Source of the DNA: Octopus sinensis
Taxonomy: Eukaryota
Direction: 5' to 3'
DNA: 64,000 bases
Assembly (NCBI RefSeq): GCF_006345805.1
Contig: NC_042999.1
Coordinates: 153,264,001-153,328,000, forward strand
Part shown: one piece after another, positions 52,995 through 64,000 of the stretch
How positions within the stretch are numbered: position 1 is the stretch's first letter
How the letters are laid out: every line of letters starts with the position of its first letter
Notes under the pieces: generated by a model
Told to the model about the DNA's origin: nothing
The model's database searches: none
The model's input: the letters and a program-made list of their open reading frames with translations, nothing else
Program-made: the position numbers and the translations under genes

Positions 52995-53400
52995 GTTGCC
53001 CACAAGGGGCTAAACATAGAGGAGAAAAACATGGACAGACAAACGGATTAAGTCGCTTATATCGACCCCAGTGCGTAGCTGGTACTTATTTAATCGATCC
53101 TGAAAGGATGAAAGGCAAAGTCAACCTCGGCGGAATTTGAACTCAGAACGTAACGACAGACGAAATACCTATTTTTTTACTACCCACAAGGGGCTAAACA
53201 CAGAAGGGACAAACAAGGACAGACAAACAGATTAAGTCGATTACATCGACCCCAGTGCGTAACTGGTACTTATTTAATCGACCACGAAAGAATGAAAGGC
53301 AAAGTTGACCTCGGCGGAATTTGAAGTCAGAACGTAACGGCAGACGAAATACCGCCAAAAATTTCGCCCGGCGCGCTAACGATTCTGTCAGTTCGCTGCC
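52995..53400 (-). mobile_element. SINE family B dimer
   Basis: Two units joined at CAGACGAAATAC|CTATTTTTTTACTACCCAC (about 53157-53187). Confidence 0.85.
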
Positions 53401-53602
53401 CTTAGTAACAAAATATTGTCTACCGCCAATACTACCTCCTCCTGAACTACCACCATCACCACTACCACCACCACTACCACCATCATCATTAACATCTCAT
53501 CACCACATCCGCCCCAATTCCATCATCATCATTATCATAGCACCACCATGACACCCAACACCTACACCTTGTTGATGTCGATGCCCTTTCTCCTCCTCCT
53601 CC

Positions 53603-53622
53603 CACTACTACTACTACTACTG

Positions 53623-53686
<64 letters not shown>

Positions 53687-53699
53687 TACTACCAACACC

Positions 53700-53755
<56 letters not shown>

Positions 53756-53767
53756 TACTACCAACAG

Positions 53768-53812
<45 letters not shown>
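53603..53812. repeat. (CTA)/(CCA) trinucleotide tract
   Basis: Direct reading. Confidence 0.95.
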
Positions 53813-54078
53813 GTACGTCGGTTGTTGAAGGCCAATGAAAAAGTCACCGGGATGCTATGTCGTGTGTCTGTTCCGTTAGGTTGTCTCACCACGTCTCACC
53901 ATGTTCGACGGGGCCATGATCAATGATGATCCAGCATGGACAGCTTCCGGTTGTCAGTCACGCCCTCTGTCGATGTTAATGGGAATTCTTCAGTCAGTCA
54001 GTCACTCATATCGAAACAAAGAGAGAGAGGAAGAGAAGGAGAGAGAATGTAGAAATACCAAAATACAAGCATATATAT

Positions 54079-54120
<42 letters not shown>

Positions 54121-54484
54121 CGGGAAGCTTTATGAAAATAGACAAAAGACGAAGGCAGGTGGAAAACAAACAAATACATAAATACATACACACATACACA
54201 CACACGCACATATATAGGCATGTAGAATGCATATATACGTGCATGTATACATAATGCATATGTAGGTGCATGCATGCATACATACGTGCGTGCATGCATG
54301 CATACATACGTGCGTGCATGCATAAATGCATGAGTACATGCAGATACAGCATAGATACAGACGGATGCTAGACATAGAGATTCACAAAAAAAAAAAAAAA
54401 GCCAGTGAAGAAAAGCAAATTATTTTAACAAAATTAAAGAAAAATATTACACTTCCTCCAAGTAGGCCGAGGAACAGAAACAGC

Positions 54485-54516
<32 letters not shown>

Positions 54517-54668
54517 AGAAATAACACTCTGAAGAAGAACAACAACAAAACCAATTGTAAAAACAAACAAAAAGATACAGTGAAAACAGTAACAAAAAAT
54601 TTTTTTTAAATCGCAAAAACAAGAAAGCCTAGAGCAGTTGCAACAATAAGTGTAATGGTTACAATGTA

Positions 54669-55050
54669 GAGGTGCAATGGCACAGTGGTTAGGGCAGCGG
54701 ACTCGCGGTCATAGGATCGCGGTTTCGATTCCCAGACCGGGCGTTGTGAGTGTTTATTGAGCGAAAATACCTAAAAGCTCCACGAGGCTCCAACAGGGGG
54801 TGGTGGTGATCCCTGCTGTACTCTTTCACCACAACTTTCTCTCACTCTTACTTCCTGTTTCGGTTGTACCTGTATTTCTAAGGGCCGGCCTTGTCACTCT
54901 CTGTGTCACGCTGAATATCCCCGAGAACTACGTTAAGGGTACACGTGTCTGTGGAGTGCTCAGCCACTTGCACGTTAATTTCACGAGCAGGCTGTTCCGT
55001 TGATTCGGATCAACCGGAACCCTCGTCGTCGTAACCGACGGAGTGCTCCC
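54669..55050 (+). mobile_element. tRNA-derived SINE family C (copies at 56023-56400, 58263-58550, 51595-52070, 10958-11262, 62510-62600 on +; 55538-55836 on -)
   Basis: A-box TGGCACAGTGGTTAGG, B-box GGTTTCGATTCCC, body ..GGGTACACGTGTCTGTGGAGTGCTCAGCC.., tail GTAACCGACGGAGTGC. Confidence 0.88.
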
Positions 55051-55879
55051 ATCAATGGTTACAATAATTAAGACAGCAGCAGCAGCAACGACGACAACAA
55101 CAACAACAACAGCAGGAGGCGCAATGGCCCAGTGGTTAGGGCAGTGGACTCGCGGTCAGAGGATCGCGGTTTCGATTCCCAGACCGGGCGTTGTGTGTGT
55201 TTATTGAGCGAAAAAAACCTAAAGCTCCACGAGGCTCCAGCAGGGAGTTGTGGCGACCCCTGCTGTACTCTTTCGCTACAACTTTCTCTCACTCTTTCTT
55301 CCTGTTTCTTGTCCCCGACTTCCTACACAACCACTGAGCCTGGGTGCGCATTCATCCATCCGTCGATGCTCTCGGTGTCGGGGATTGACCTGCTTTCTCT
55401 TCTGCGGGTCTTACGAATAGCAAAGGACCACGTTTTGGACTTCTTCCATTCTGAGACGAAGACCGCTTCGCTCAACAGCAACAGTAACAGCAGCAACAAC
55501 AACAGCAAAAACAAGTAGTGACAACAGTAAACAAAATGGCACTCCGTCGGTTACGACGACGTCTGTTCCAATTGATCCGATCGCCGAAACAGCGTGCTCG
55601 TGAAATTATTGAACAAGTGACTGAGCCTTAACGTAGTTCTTTGGGAGATTCAGCGTAACAGAATGTGACATGATTGGCTCTTTGAAATACATGTACAACT
55701 TATTTTTGCCAGCTGAGTAAATTAGAGGAACGTGGAATATAATGTCCTGCTCAAGGACACCATGCGCCGCCGGGAATCGAACGCGAGACCTTACGATGGT
55801 GAGCTGTATACCCTAACCACTATGCTACGCGCCTTCACAGTGACAGTAATAAAATGTAGATCAGAAGATGTGGCAATTG

Positions 55880-56010
55880 TCTACAGACCTGCAAAGACCA
55901 TATGCACAGCTTCTTTCTACAGACCTACAAAGACCATAAGCACAGCTACTTCCTACAAACCTACAAAGACCATAAACACAGCTCCTTCGTACAGACCTAC
56001 AAAGATTATA
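55880..56010. repeat. Minisatellite, 36-bp unit x about 3.6, with decayed continuations at about 56430-56580 and 57055-57120
   Basis: Unit CTACAGACCTACAAAGACCATAAGCACAGCTACTTC; split by SINE insertions. Confidence 0.75.
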
Positions 56011-56823
56011 TGTATATAAGTGGAGGTGCAATGCCCAGTGGTTAGGGCAGCGGACTCGCGATCGTAGGATCGCGGTTTCGATTCCCAGACCGGGCGTTGT
56101 GAGTGTTTATTGAGCGAAAACACCTAAAAGTTCCACGAGGCTCCGGCAGGGATGGTGGTGATCCCTGCTGTACTCTTTCACCACAACTTTCTCTCACTCT
56201 TACTTCCTGTTTCTGTTGTACCTGTATTTCAAAGGGCCGGCCTTGTCACTCTCTGTGTCACGCTGAATATCCCCGAGAACTACGTTAAGGGTACACGTGT
56301 CTGTGGAGTGCTCAGCTACTTACACGTTAATTTCACGAGCAGGCTGTTCCGTTGATTCGGATCAACCGGAACCCTTATCGTCGTAACCGACGGAGTGCTT
56401 CATTAAATGTATATAAACTTGCCATACAGATGTACAAAAATGAGCACAACTCCTTCCTATCTACCTCTAAAGAACCATAAGCGCATAGCTTTCCTCTAAC
56501 CCTACAAAGACCACGAGCAAAACTTCTGACAAACATAGAAAGATCACGAGCGCAGCTCTATTCTCCAGATAGAGCAAGATTAAAATCTATAGAGATCCTA
56601 AGCACTTAAGATGGAAAATAATGTTTTGTCTTGACACCATGATCACTTCGAAATTATATTCCCAAACGTATAGACCACTTCGTATATTATTTTAGCAAGT
56701 TTAAAGTGATTTCTTTTGTGTCGTAAATCATCTACCATTCTGTGCCGTAAGCACATGCTTATTTTGCTTAATGTTTAATCCAGCGCTGTTCGCAGACCTA
56801 TAAAAACCAAGTGTACATCTTAA

Positions 56824-57050
56824 GGCGACGAGCTGGCAGAATCGTTAGCAAGCCGGCGAAATGCTTAGCGGTATTTCGTCTGCCGCTTCTGAGTTCAAAT
56901 TCCGCCGAGGTCGACTTTGCCTTTCATCCTTTCGGGGTCGATTAAATAAGTACAAGTTACGCACTGGGGTCGATATAATCGACTTAATCCGTCTGTCTGT
57001 CCTTGTTTGTCCTCTCTGTGTTTAGCCCCTTGTGGGCAATAAAGAAATAA
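56824..57050 (+). mobile_element. SINE family B monomer (other copies at about 4615-4815, 10040-10190, 11880-12010, 19880-20320, 28050-28170, 30547-30767, 32110-32315, 47355-47500)
   Basis: Full head-core-tail alignment by eye to the multimer units. Confidence 0.85.
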
Positions 57051-58548
57051 GTGTACACCTCCTTCCAATCTACAAAGACCACAGTTCCTTTCTGCAGACC
57101 TACAAAGGCCATAGACAAAACACCTGTTTCTAGACCAAATTAGTTGTTTAATAAAATATTTGGGAGAAGATTTGTTGATTATACCAACCATAGAACTTAA
57201 AAGGAATTTTGTTTTAATCGACAGTTTGAAAAGCAAAGTCGACTCTAGTAGAATTTGAATACAAAATATAAATTTATGTGCCAAAACACTTCAAATCATA
57301 TTCTCAACTGGTTTGAATATTTTTCTAACCGATAGCATTTTTATCGTAAAAATATTTCAAGACAGTTCTGGTATTTATCTTCTCTTGCTGTGTAAATTGA
57401 AACACATGAGATGAAGTGTGCGGCCTCGTATGAAATAAATCTCTCGGGGCGGGTTTGAACTTTCGACTCTTCAGTCGATAGTACCATAATCTATCCGGTT
57501 ATTTCCGTTGGAATCTCTTTAAAAACCGGATTTTTTTATTCATGTAGGTTCTTCATTGATCAGCACACTTCCTGTGATTGCAAACTCTCACTGACGACAT
57601 CAGATTTTAATCAGCTTTCGACATATCTATATCTTCTTTCCTCTCTTTCACTCTCACATCCCCTTTCTTTCCCCTCTCCTTTTACCTTCCATACTCTCTT
57701 CTACTTTTCTACTTCCTCCTTCTCACACCCTCTAGCTCTCCTCCTCTTTGCCGCTCTATTTCTATCGCACTTCTCACTGTCACTCTAACTCTCTCTATCT
57801 CTGCCCCTCCCTCCACCTTTCACGCCTATCTCCCTCACCCCACTCTTTCACTCTTTCTATGTCTCTCCCTCTCTCTTTTCTCCTGCTCTTCCTCCTCCCC
57901 CTCTCTTTCTCTTTCTCGCCCTCTCTCTCTCACTCAAATCACTCTCTTACCACTTACTGCGGCCACACTTCATTTCCGCTCCCATTGGAACTAACACCAG
58001 ATTTATCTTTTGTGGACATTCTCAACCATCTGACCCCTGATCAATCCAATTAGATACTGTCCAAAGGTCAGGGTTTTTCCTATAAAACACCTGAGAAAAA
58101 GATCAATAACGAATACAACGAGGAACTCATTCATATCTTTCTTTTTATCAAAATTCCTTCTCTCTCTTTGTTTCTCTCTTTCTCTGACCGTCAGTCTGCC
58201 TGTCTGTCAGTTTCTCTCATATATATGTGCGTGTGTGTGTGTGTGTGTGTTGTGTGTGTGTGAAGGCGCGTGGCTTAGTGGTTAGGATATTCGACTCACG
58301 ATTGTATGGTCGTGATTTCAATTCCCGGCGACGCGTTGTGTCCTTGTGCAAGAAACTTTATTTCACGTTGTTCCAGTCCACTCAGCTGGCAAATATGAAT
58401 AGCATCTGTATTTCAAAGGGCCAGCCTTGTCACACTCTGTCACGCAGAATCTCTCTGAGAACTACGTTATGGGTACACGTGTTTGTGGATTGCTCAGCCA
58501 CATGCATGTTAATTGCACGAGTAAGATGTTTCGTAACCACGGAGTGCT

Positions 58549-58609
<61 letters not shown>

Positions 58610-58624
58610 TGATTTATGCAGCCA

Positions 58625-58724
58625 NNNNNNNNNNNNNNNNNNNNNNNNNNNNNNNNNNNNNNNNNNNNNNNNNNNNNNNNNNNNNNNNNNNNNNNNNNNN
58701 NNNNNNNNNNNNNNNNNNNNNNNN
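58625..58724. other. Assembly gap (100 N)
   Basis: Run of exactly 100 N, probably a placeholder of unknown true size. Confidence 0.99.
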
Positions 58725-59220
58725 CCGGAGCAATATTTGGATGATATGGTACCAACTGACGCTCACCTGTTATTTAGTGAGAATCAGGGTCATGGTCTTC
58801 AACACACAGAAATTCGAAGGGAACAGGCCCAACTTATGGGTAGTAAGAGCTCTGCAGTCTTGGTCGACAATCTTACTAGAGATGATGTCTCGATAAAAAT
58901 ACCGGTTGGTGGCTAACCCTAAAAAGCACCTCAATGTTGAGTGAAAATGTCAAATACAAATGTATCAGATAATGGTGTTAATGAGGATGGAACCAAAGGT
59001 GAAAACCTTTCGTCCAGATGGTGCCCTTTGGTTGAGCAGTGCAGGCCCGGTCGTCAGCAAGAGATTGCTTATAAACAAAGCCAGAGGGAGAGAAGAATGT
59101 GGAATAAGGAGGCAAACCGAACGGTAATTGAATGCTGGATCAGCAGTGAATCCAACAGCAAACTAAATAAACGTGGAACAGGTGGAAAAGAAATAATTGA
59201 TTCCGACAACGAATGAAAGT
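58725..59220 (+). mobile_element. 5' or N-terminal fragment of an R4/Dong-like LINE ORF abutting the assembly gap
   Basis: RRMWNKEANRTVIECWISSES resembles the R4/Dong N-terminal W..E.N..VM.CY..S.P motif. Confidence 0.5.
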
Positions 59221-59736
59221 AAAATGGAATGAGATAGGACACTTCGAAATAAGTGAGCAACGGTTAGCCGACTAGGTAAGAGCAATAAGAGCAAAAGAGT
59301 GGCTAACAGACATCGAAATAGAAATGATCCCCGGTTTCGTTCAAGGGTAATGTTGTGATTTCGGCACCTTATACGCCATGGAAATTGAGTAAGTGGTCCC
59401 ATGAGTCATAGGACTTGAAACAGTAATATTCAGGGATTGATGATGATGATGACAAAATGAATGGTAAAGTTGAATTCGGTGACATATGAACTCAGACCGA
59501 CGGATAAGTCGCTAGAAATGCCGTTAAGCATTTTGTGTGAAGCTCAAACGATTCTGTCAAAGACATTCCTTATACTTAAGCCAAATCAATTATTTCTTTT
59601 CCACCTGTTCCACATTTATTTAGTTTGCTGTTGTCTGAAAGTGTGACAAATCGCAACACCGTATTGTTTGCTTAATTAACTGAAACATAACACTCACTCA
59701 CCACCCCCGACTACATTCAATATTAATTAATATCAT

Positions 59737-60580
59737 GGCGGCGAGCTGGCAGAAACATTAGCACGCCGGGCGAAATGCGTAGCCGTATTTCATCTGCCGT
59801 TACGTTCTGGGTAGTAAAGAAATAGGTCTTTCGTCTGCCGCTACTACGTTCTGAGTTCAAATTCCGCCGAGGTCGACTTTGCCTTTCATCCTTTCGGGGT
59901 CGATTAAATAAGTACCAGTTACACACTGGGGTCGATATAATCGACTTAATCCGTCTGTCTGTCCTTGTTTGTCCTCTCTGTATGTAGCCCCTTGAGAGCA
60001 GTAAAGAAATAGGTATTTCATCTGCCGCTACGTTCTGAGTTCAAATTCCGCCGAGGTCAACTTTGCCTTTCATCTTTTCGGGGTCGATTAAGTAAGTACC
60101 AGTTACGCACTGGGGTCGATATAATCAACTTAATCCCTTTGTCTCCTTGTTTGTCCTCTTTGTGTTTAGCCACTTGTGGGTAGTAAAGGAATAGCTATTT
60201 CGTCTGCCGCTACGTTCTGAGTTCAAATTCCGTCGAGGTCGACTTTGCCTTTTATCCTTTCGGGGTCGAGAAATTAAGTACCAGTTTCGCACTGGGGTCG
60301 GTGTATCGACTTAACCCGTTTGTCTATCCTTGTTTGTCCTCTCTATGTTTAGCTCCTTGTGGGTAGTAAAGAAATAAGAAACGTTAGCACGCCGGGCAAA
60401 AATAATACTTAGCGGGATTTCATCTGTCTTTACGTTCCGAGTTCAAATTCCGCCAAGGTCGACAAGGCCTTTCATCCTTTCTGGGTCGATAAATTAAGTA
60501 CCAGTTGCATACTGAGGTCGATCTAATCGACTGGAATCCTCCCCCAAAATTTCAGGCATTGTGCCTAGAGTAGAAAAGAA
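59737..60580 (+). mobile_element. Head-to-tail multimer of tRNA-derived SINE family B (about 5 units)
   Basis: Head GGCGGCGAGCTGGCAGAAAC (A-box-like), B-box-like CTGAGTTCAAATTCC, core CTTTCATCCTTTCGGGGTCGAT..AGTACC, tail GTAGTAAAGAAATA. Units of about 185 bp. Confidence 0.88.
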
Positions 60581-61285
60581 TATTTAATTAATATCAGTTC
60601 AGGTGAGGATGGCTTTGTACAGTTTTGAAGAAAGTGGAAGTCGATTAAAAAGAACCCAGTGTTCCACTGGTACATTTTTTATCGAGCTCAAACGGAAAAG
60701 CTGACATCAGCGAGACTGGAACTCTGAACATTAACGGAAAGAAATGCCGGAAAGCATTTTCTGCAATGATCTAACGATTCTGGTAAAGATATTCTTTGTA
60801 CCAATTAAAACCAAATCAAAAATTGTTCTGCGTTTATTGAATTTTCTGTTGTTGTCTGAGATTGTGATAAATCGCCACACCACAGCGTTATTTAATATGA
60901 CCAAACATTACACTCACTCCTCACCCCGCTGCATTCTGCATTTAATTAATTTTAATCAGTTTAAATTCAGTGGGTGTCTTGACTGTCTTTTCAAAGCAGA
61001 ATTAATTAATTTTTCTCATCATTAAGGGTGCGTCATTAGAGTTGATTAAAATATCTTGGAGCACGCAATCAAGTACGTGAGCATTCACATTCCTGTTAAA
61101 TCATTCCAATTCTTTCTAATTTTTGCACAAGGCCAGCCATTTTGAGGGAAGTGGGAGTCGATTAGATCGACTCCAATGTTCAACTAATGCGTATTTTATC
61201 GACCTTGGGAGGATAAAAGGCAAAGTCAACCTCGGCGAAATTTGAACTCGAGACATAAAACCAGAATAAGTACCCCTAAACATAT

Positions 61286-61451
61286 ATAGGCGCAGGAGTG
61301 GCTGTGTGGTAATTACCTTGCTTACCAACCACATGATTCCGGGTTCAGTACCACTGCGTGGCATCTTGGGCAAGTGTCTTCTACTATAGCCTCGGGCCGA
61401 CCAAAGCCTTGTGAGTGGATTTGGTAGGCGGAAACTGAGAGGTCCGTCGTA

Positions 61452-61496
<45 letters not shown>

Positions 61497-61775
61497 TATA
61501 ATATATATATATATGTGTGTGTGTGTGTGTATATATATATGTGGTGTGTGTGTGTGTGGTGTGTGTGTGTGTGTGTTTGTGTGTCAGAGTTTGTCCCCCC
61601 AGCATTGCTTGACAACCGATGCTGGTGTGTTTACGTCTCTGTAACTTAGCGGTTCTGCATAAGGGACCGATAAAATAAGTACTAGGCTTACAAAGAATAA
61701 GTCCTGGGGTCGATTTGCTCGACTGAAGGTGGTGCTCCAGCATGGCCGCAGTCAAATGACTGAAACAAGTAAAAG
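61286..61775 (+). mobile_element. Bipartite tRNA/CORE-like SINE family D with internal (TA)/(TG) microsatellite (copies at 33739-34145, 41275-41660, 26395-26720, 27683-27950 on +; 17390-17790, 46540-47120, 48550-48955 on -; head-only at 37904-38075 and 52350-52500)
   Basis: Head GGCGCAGGAGTGGCTGTGTGGT..GGGTTCAGTCCC; CORE-like GGCACCTTGGGCAAGTG; second module ..CTTAGCGGTTCGGCAAAAGAGACCG..CAGCATGGCCGCAGTC. Resembles the described octopus OR-type CORE-SINEs; the assignment is unverified. Confidence 0.85.
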
Positions 61776-62202
61776 GGTAAAAGAGTGTTCTCGGCGCCTT
61801 TTCTTTCCTATTAATTGCTCATGCAGAAGGCGCTTGTGAGTATTTTTTTAAACCTTGAAGATGCATATCCTAAAGCCGCAAGCTACCAGTTTATAGTGCG
61901 ACCTTCAGTAACGGCACTTGACGTTCCGATTTCAAACGCCCCCGGGGCCAGTTTTCCCACTCAACCTTCCGTTGTCACAAGAATAATGTTTCAGTAAATA
62001 AGTAGAATTATTGATTGGACCGTTGTCCCTATAAGGAAGTATTGCCTTGCGGTATTTCTTGCAGTTCTTTCCGTTCAAACTCTGCCTCGGTCAACTTTGC
62101 CTTTCATCTTTTCAGGGACGCCAAAAGTATCGGCTGGTATCAACTAAATCCCCACCCCCACAAAACTGCTAACCCTGTATCTATAGTAGCAAGGATCGTC
62201 AT

Positions 62203-62250
<48 letters not shown>

Positions 62251-62304
62251 CACTACCACTACCACTACTACTATTGCTGCTGCTGCTGTTGTTGCTAAGC
62301 AACA

Positions 62305-62480
62305 AGACGGGTAAGGGTGATTAGGTGATGGTCTAGGGTTTCGGGTCGGGAGACCCCAGACATTGGAAAAATAAACTTTGGTCGTCTTGTTGCAGTCGAG
62401 GGCTCTTCGTTGACACCTGACACCACTGGGAGGTGGCCCTCGAAGTCGCTGGAAATGGAGATCTCCAGGTCCAAATTCTT
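62305..62480 (-). mobile_element. Possible LINE ORF2 start (APE endonuclease) remnant
   Basis: GC-rich island reading KTTKVYFSNVWGL, resembling the F.NIRGL start of APE; contains an 8-bp inverted repeat TCGAGGGC/GCCCTCGA. Confidence 0.25.
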
Positions 62481-63401
62481 GAACGGCTGCTGCTGCTGCT
62501 ATCAGGATGCATGGCCTAATGGTTAGGGTGTTACACTCACGATCGCGGGATCGTGGTTTCAGTCCCTGGAGTGGTGCATTGCGTTCTTGAGCAATACCCT
62601 TCATCTCAGTTTTTTCTGCGATCATTTCGAGACCTGACTAAAAGTAGAGAATTTTAGTATTTATCAAGTATTGAGATAAACGTCTACACATTCCTAAAAA
62701 TCTTTGATACCTTTTGTTGTGTCCATTGTGAAACAGAATGATGCTAGTGGTGGTGGTGGTGGGTTGGTGGTGGTGGTGGTGGTGGTGGAGAAACAAGCGT
62801 AAAGACACATACACACATCTATCTATATATCTGGGTGAATGTAGCAAAGATGGCACGTATGAATGACGAAGCCACCTTGACCATAATCCTAAGAACCCAG
62901 AAAAATTTAAAACAGAGAGTTACTTACTTCCAAATAAATGTGTTAACATGTGACATTATTGATCGAGGTTACCGTGGTCTTTTGCGTAAGCTTTTCTTTC
63001 CACGGATAAACATTATCTGTTTCCCCCTTTACACTTTACATCATGACATTTCTGTGATACACGATCCCTATTGATCATTTTTTTTACGATCCCTTTTGAT
63101 CGAAAACCTACCCTCGCCCCTTTATTTCTCCCCAAAAAGACAAGCTCTACTTTGTAATTTGTCCCCTCTGTGTTCAGCCCCATGTGGCTAATAAAGAAAC
63201 ATATCTATCTGTTTATCTATCTATCTAGATATGATGGTTGGACTGGTAAGGATGTTCTGATCCTATGACCGTTCACATAGGATCAGATGTTGGACTCTCC
63301 CGTCGAGGATGACCTCTCAGTGTTCAGCTTTTACCTAACGACCTGCACAAATAATTTGTTTCTAGTGATCAAATGTACGTGCTGTACATCAGCTCTACCT
63401 G

Positions 63402-63764
<363 letters not shown>

Positions 63765-63852
63765 TACATATGCACATGAAGGGTTTCCACACAGTTTCCG
63801 TATACCAATTCACTGACAAGGCATTAGGTCAATTGCTGGCATTGGGTTATAG

Positions 63853-64000
63853 CAGTGCTTTTCAAACTTTTTGCTGGAGCGGAACCCCAAGGAAACATTC
63901 CACTGGCTCGAGGAACCCCTGTGCAATAATTTAATAGTCTTATGCACACGTATCTGCACAGGAGAATTAAAAATTACTGCCGATCTTAGCAGTTTTGTAA
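63853..64000 (+). mobile_element. Terminus of a hAT (Charlie-like) element running off the window
   Basis: Begins CAGTGCTTTTCAAACTTTT, a Charlie-type TIR; a related terminus GGTTGAGAACCACTG occurs at about 6445-6459. Confidence 0.55.

Noticed and set aside
57455-57480. Minus-strand CTGAAGA-gtc-GAAA hammerhead-like string
   Set aside because: No helix II, III or I. It is better read as TCGAC/GTCGA around a CTGAAGA loop with a B-box-like AGTTCAAACCC, i.e. a decayed tRNA(Phe)-like SINE head, which is too degenerate to call.
58995-59062. Minus-strand CTGACGA...GAAA-GGT(tttc)ACC-T motif
   Set aside because: Helix II is offset by two extra nucleotides, the triplet is CUU, helix I is essentially absent, and it lies within a LINE ORF fragment.

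Overview
AT-rich, microsatellite-dense animal genomic DNA. The SINE repertoire suggests a coleoid cephalopod, probably Octopus (inference). The only supportable gene is the 3' end of a BAHCC1/TNRC18/winged-eye family chromatin reader on the + strand. Three spliced coding exons (15554-15675, 21623-21787, 22448-22657) encode the C-terminal BAH domain, and a probable long 3' UTR runs to about 26.3 kb. The rest is intron or intergenic DNA filled with tRNA-derived SINEs, mariner elements, R4/Dong-type LINE debris, hAT/piggyBac/Helitron-like MITEs, minisatellites and microsatellites. Nearly all ORFs in the supplied track are repeat artefacts. The most striking unexplained signal is a cluster of type I hammerhead ribozyme motifs from four unrelated sequence families between 37.5 and 52.6 kb. 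Two look intact (43882-43930 +; 37515-37612 -) and have palindromic helix III, as in dimer-cleaving Penelope/retrozyme hammerheads. Three are truncated at or just before the predicted cleavage site, two of them into (TA)n. Other highlights: a SINE forming head-to-tail multimers through one recurrent fold-back junction at three loci, a CpG-decay footprint that marks the gene body, and a 1.39 kb mariner tandem duplication that may be an assembly artefact. Repeat boundaries are read by eye and approximate; no searches or folding programs were run.
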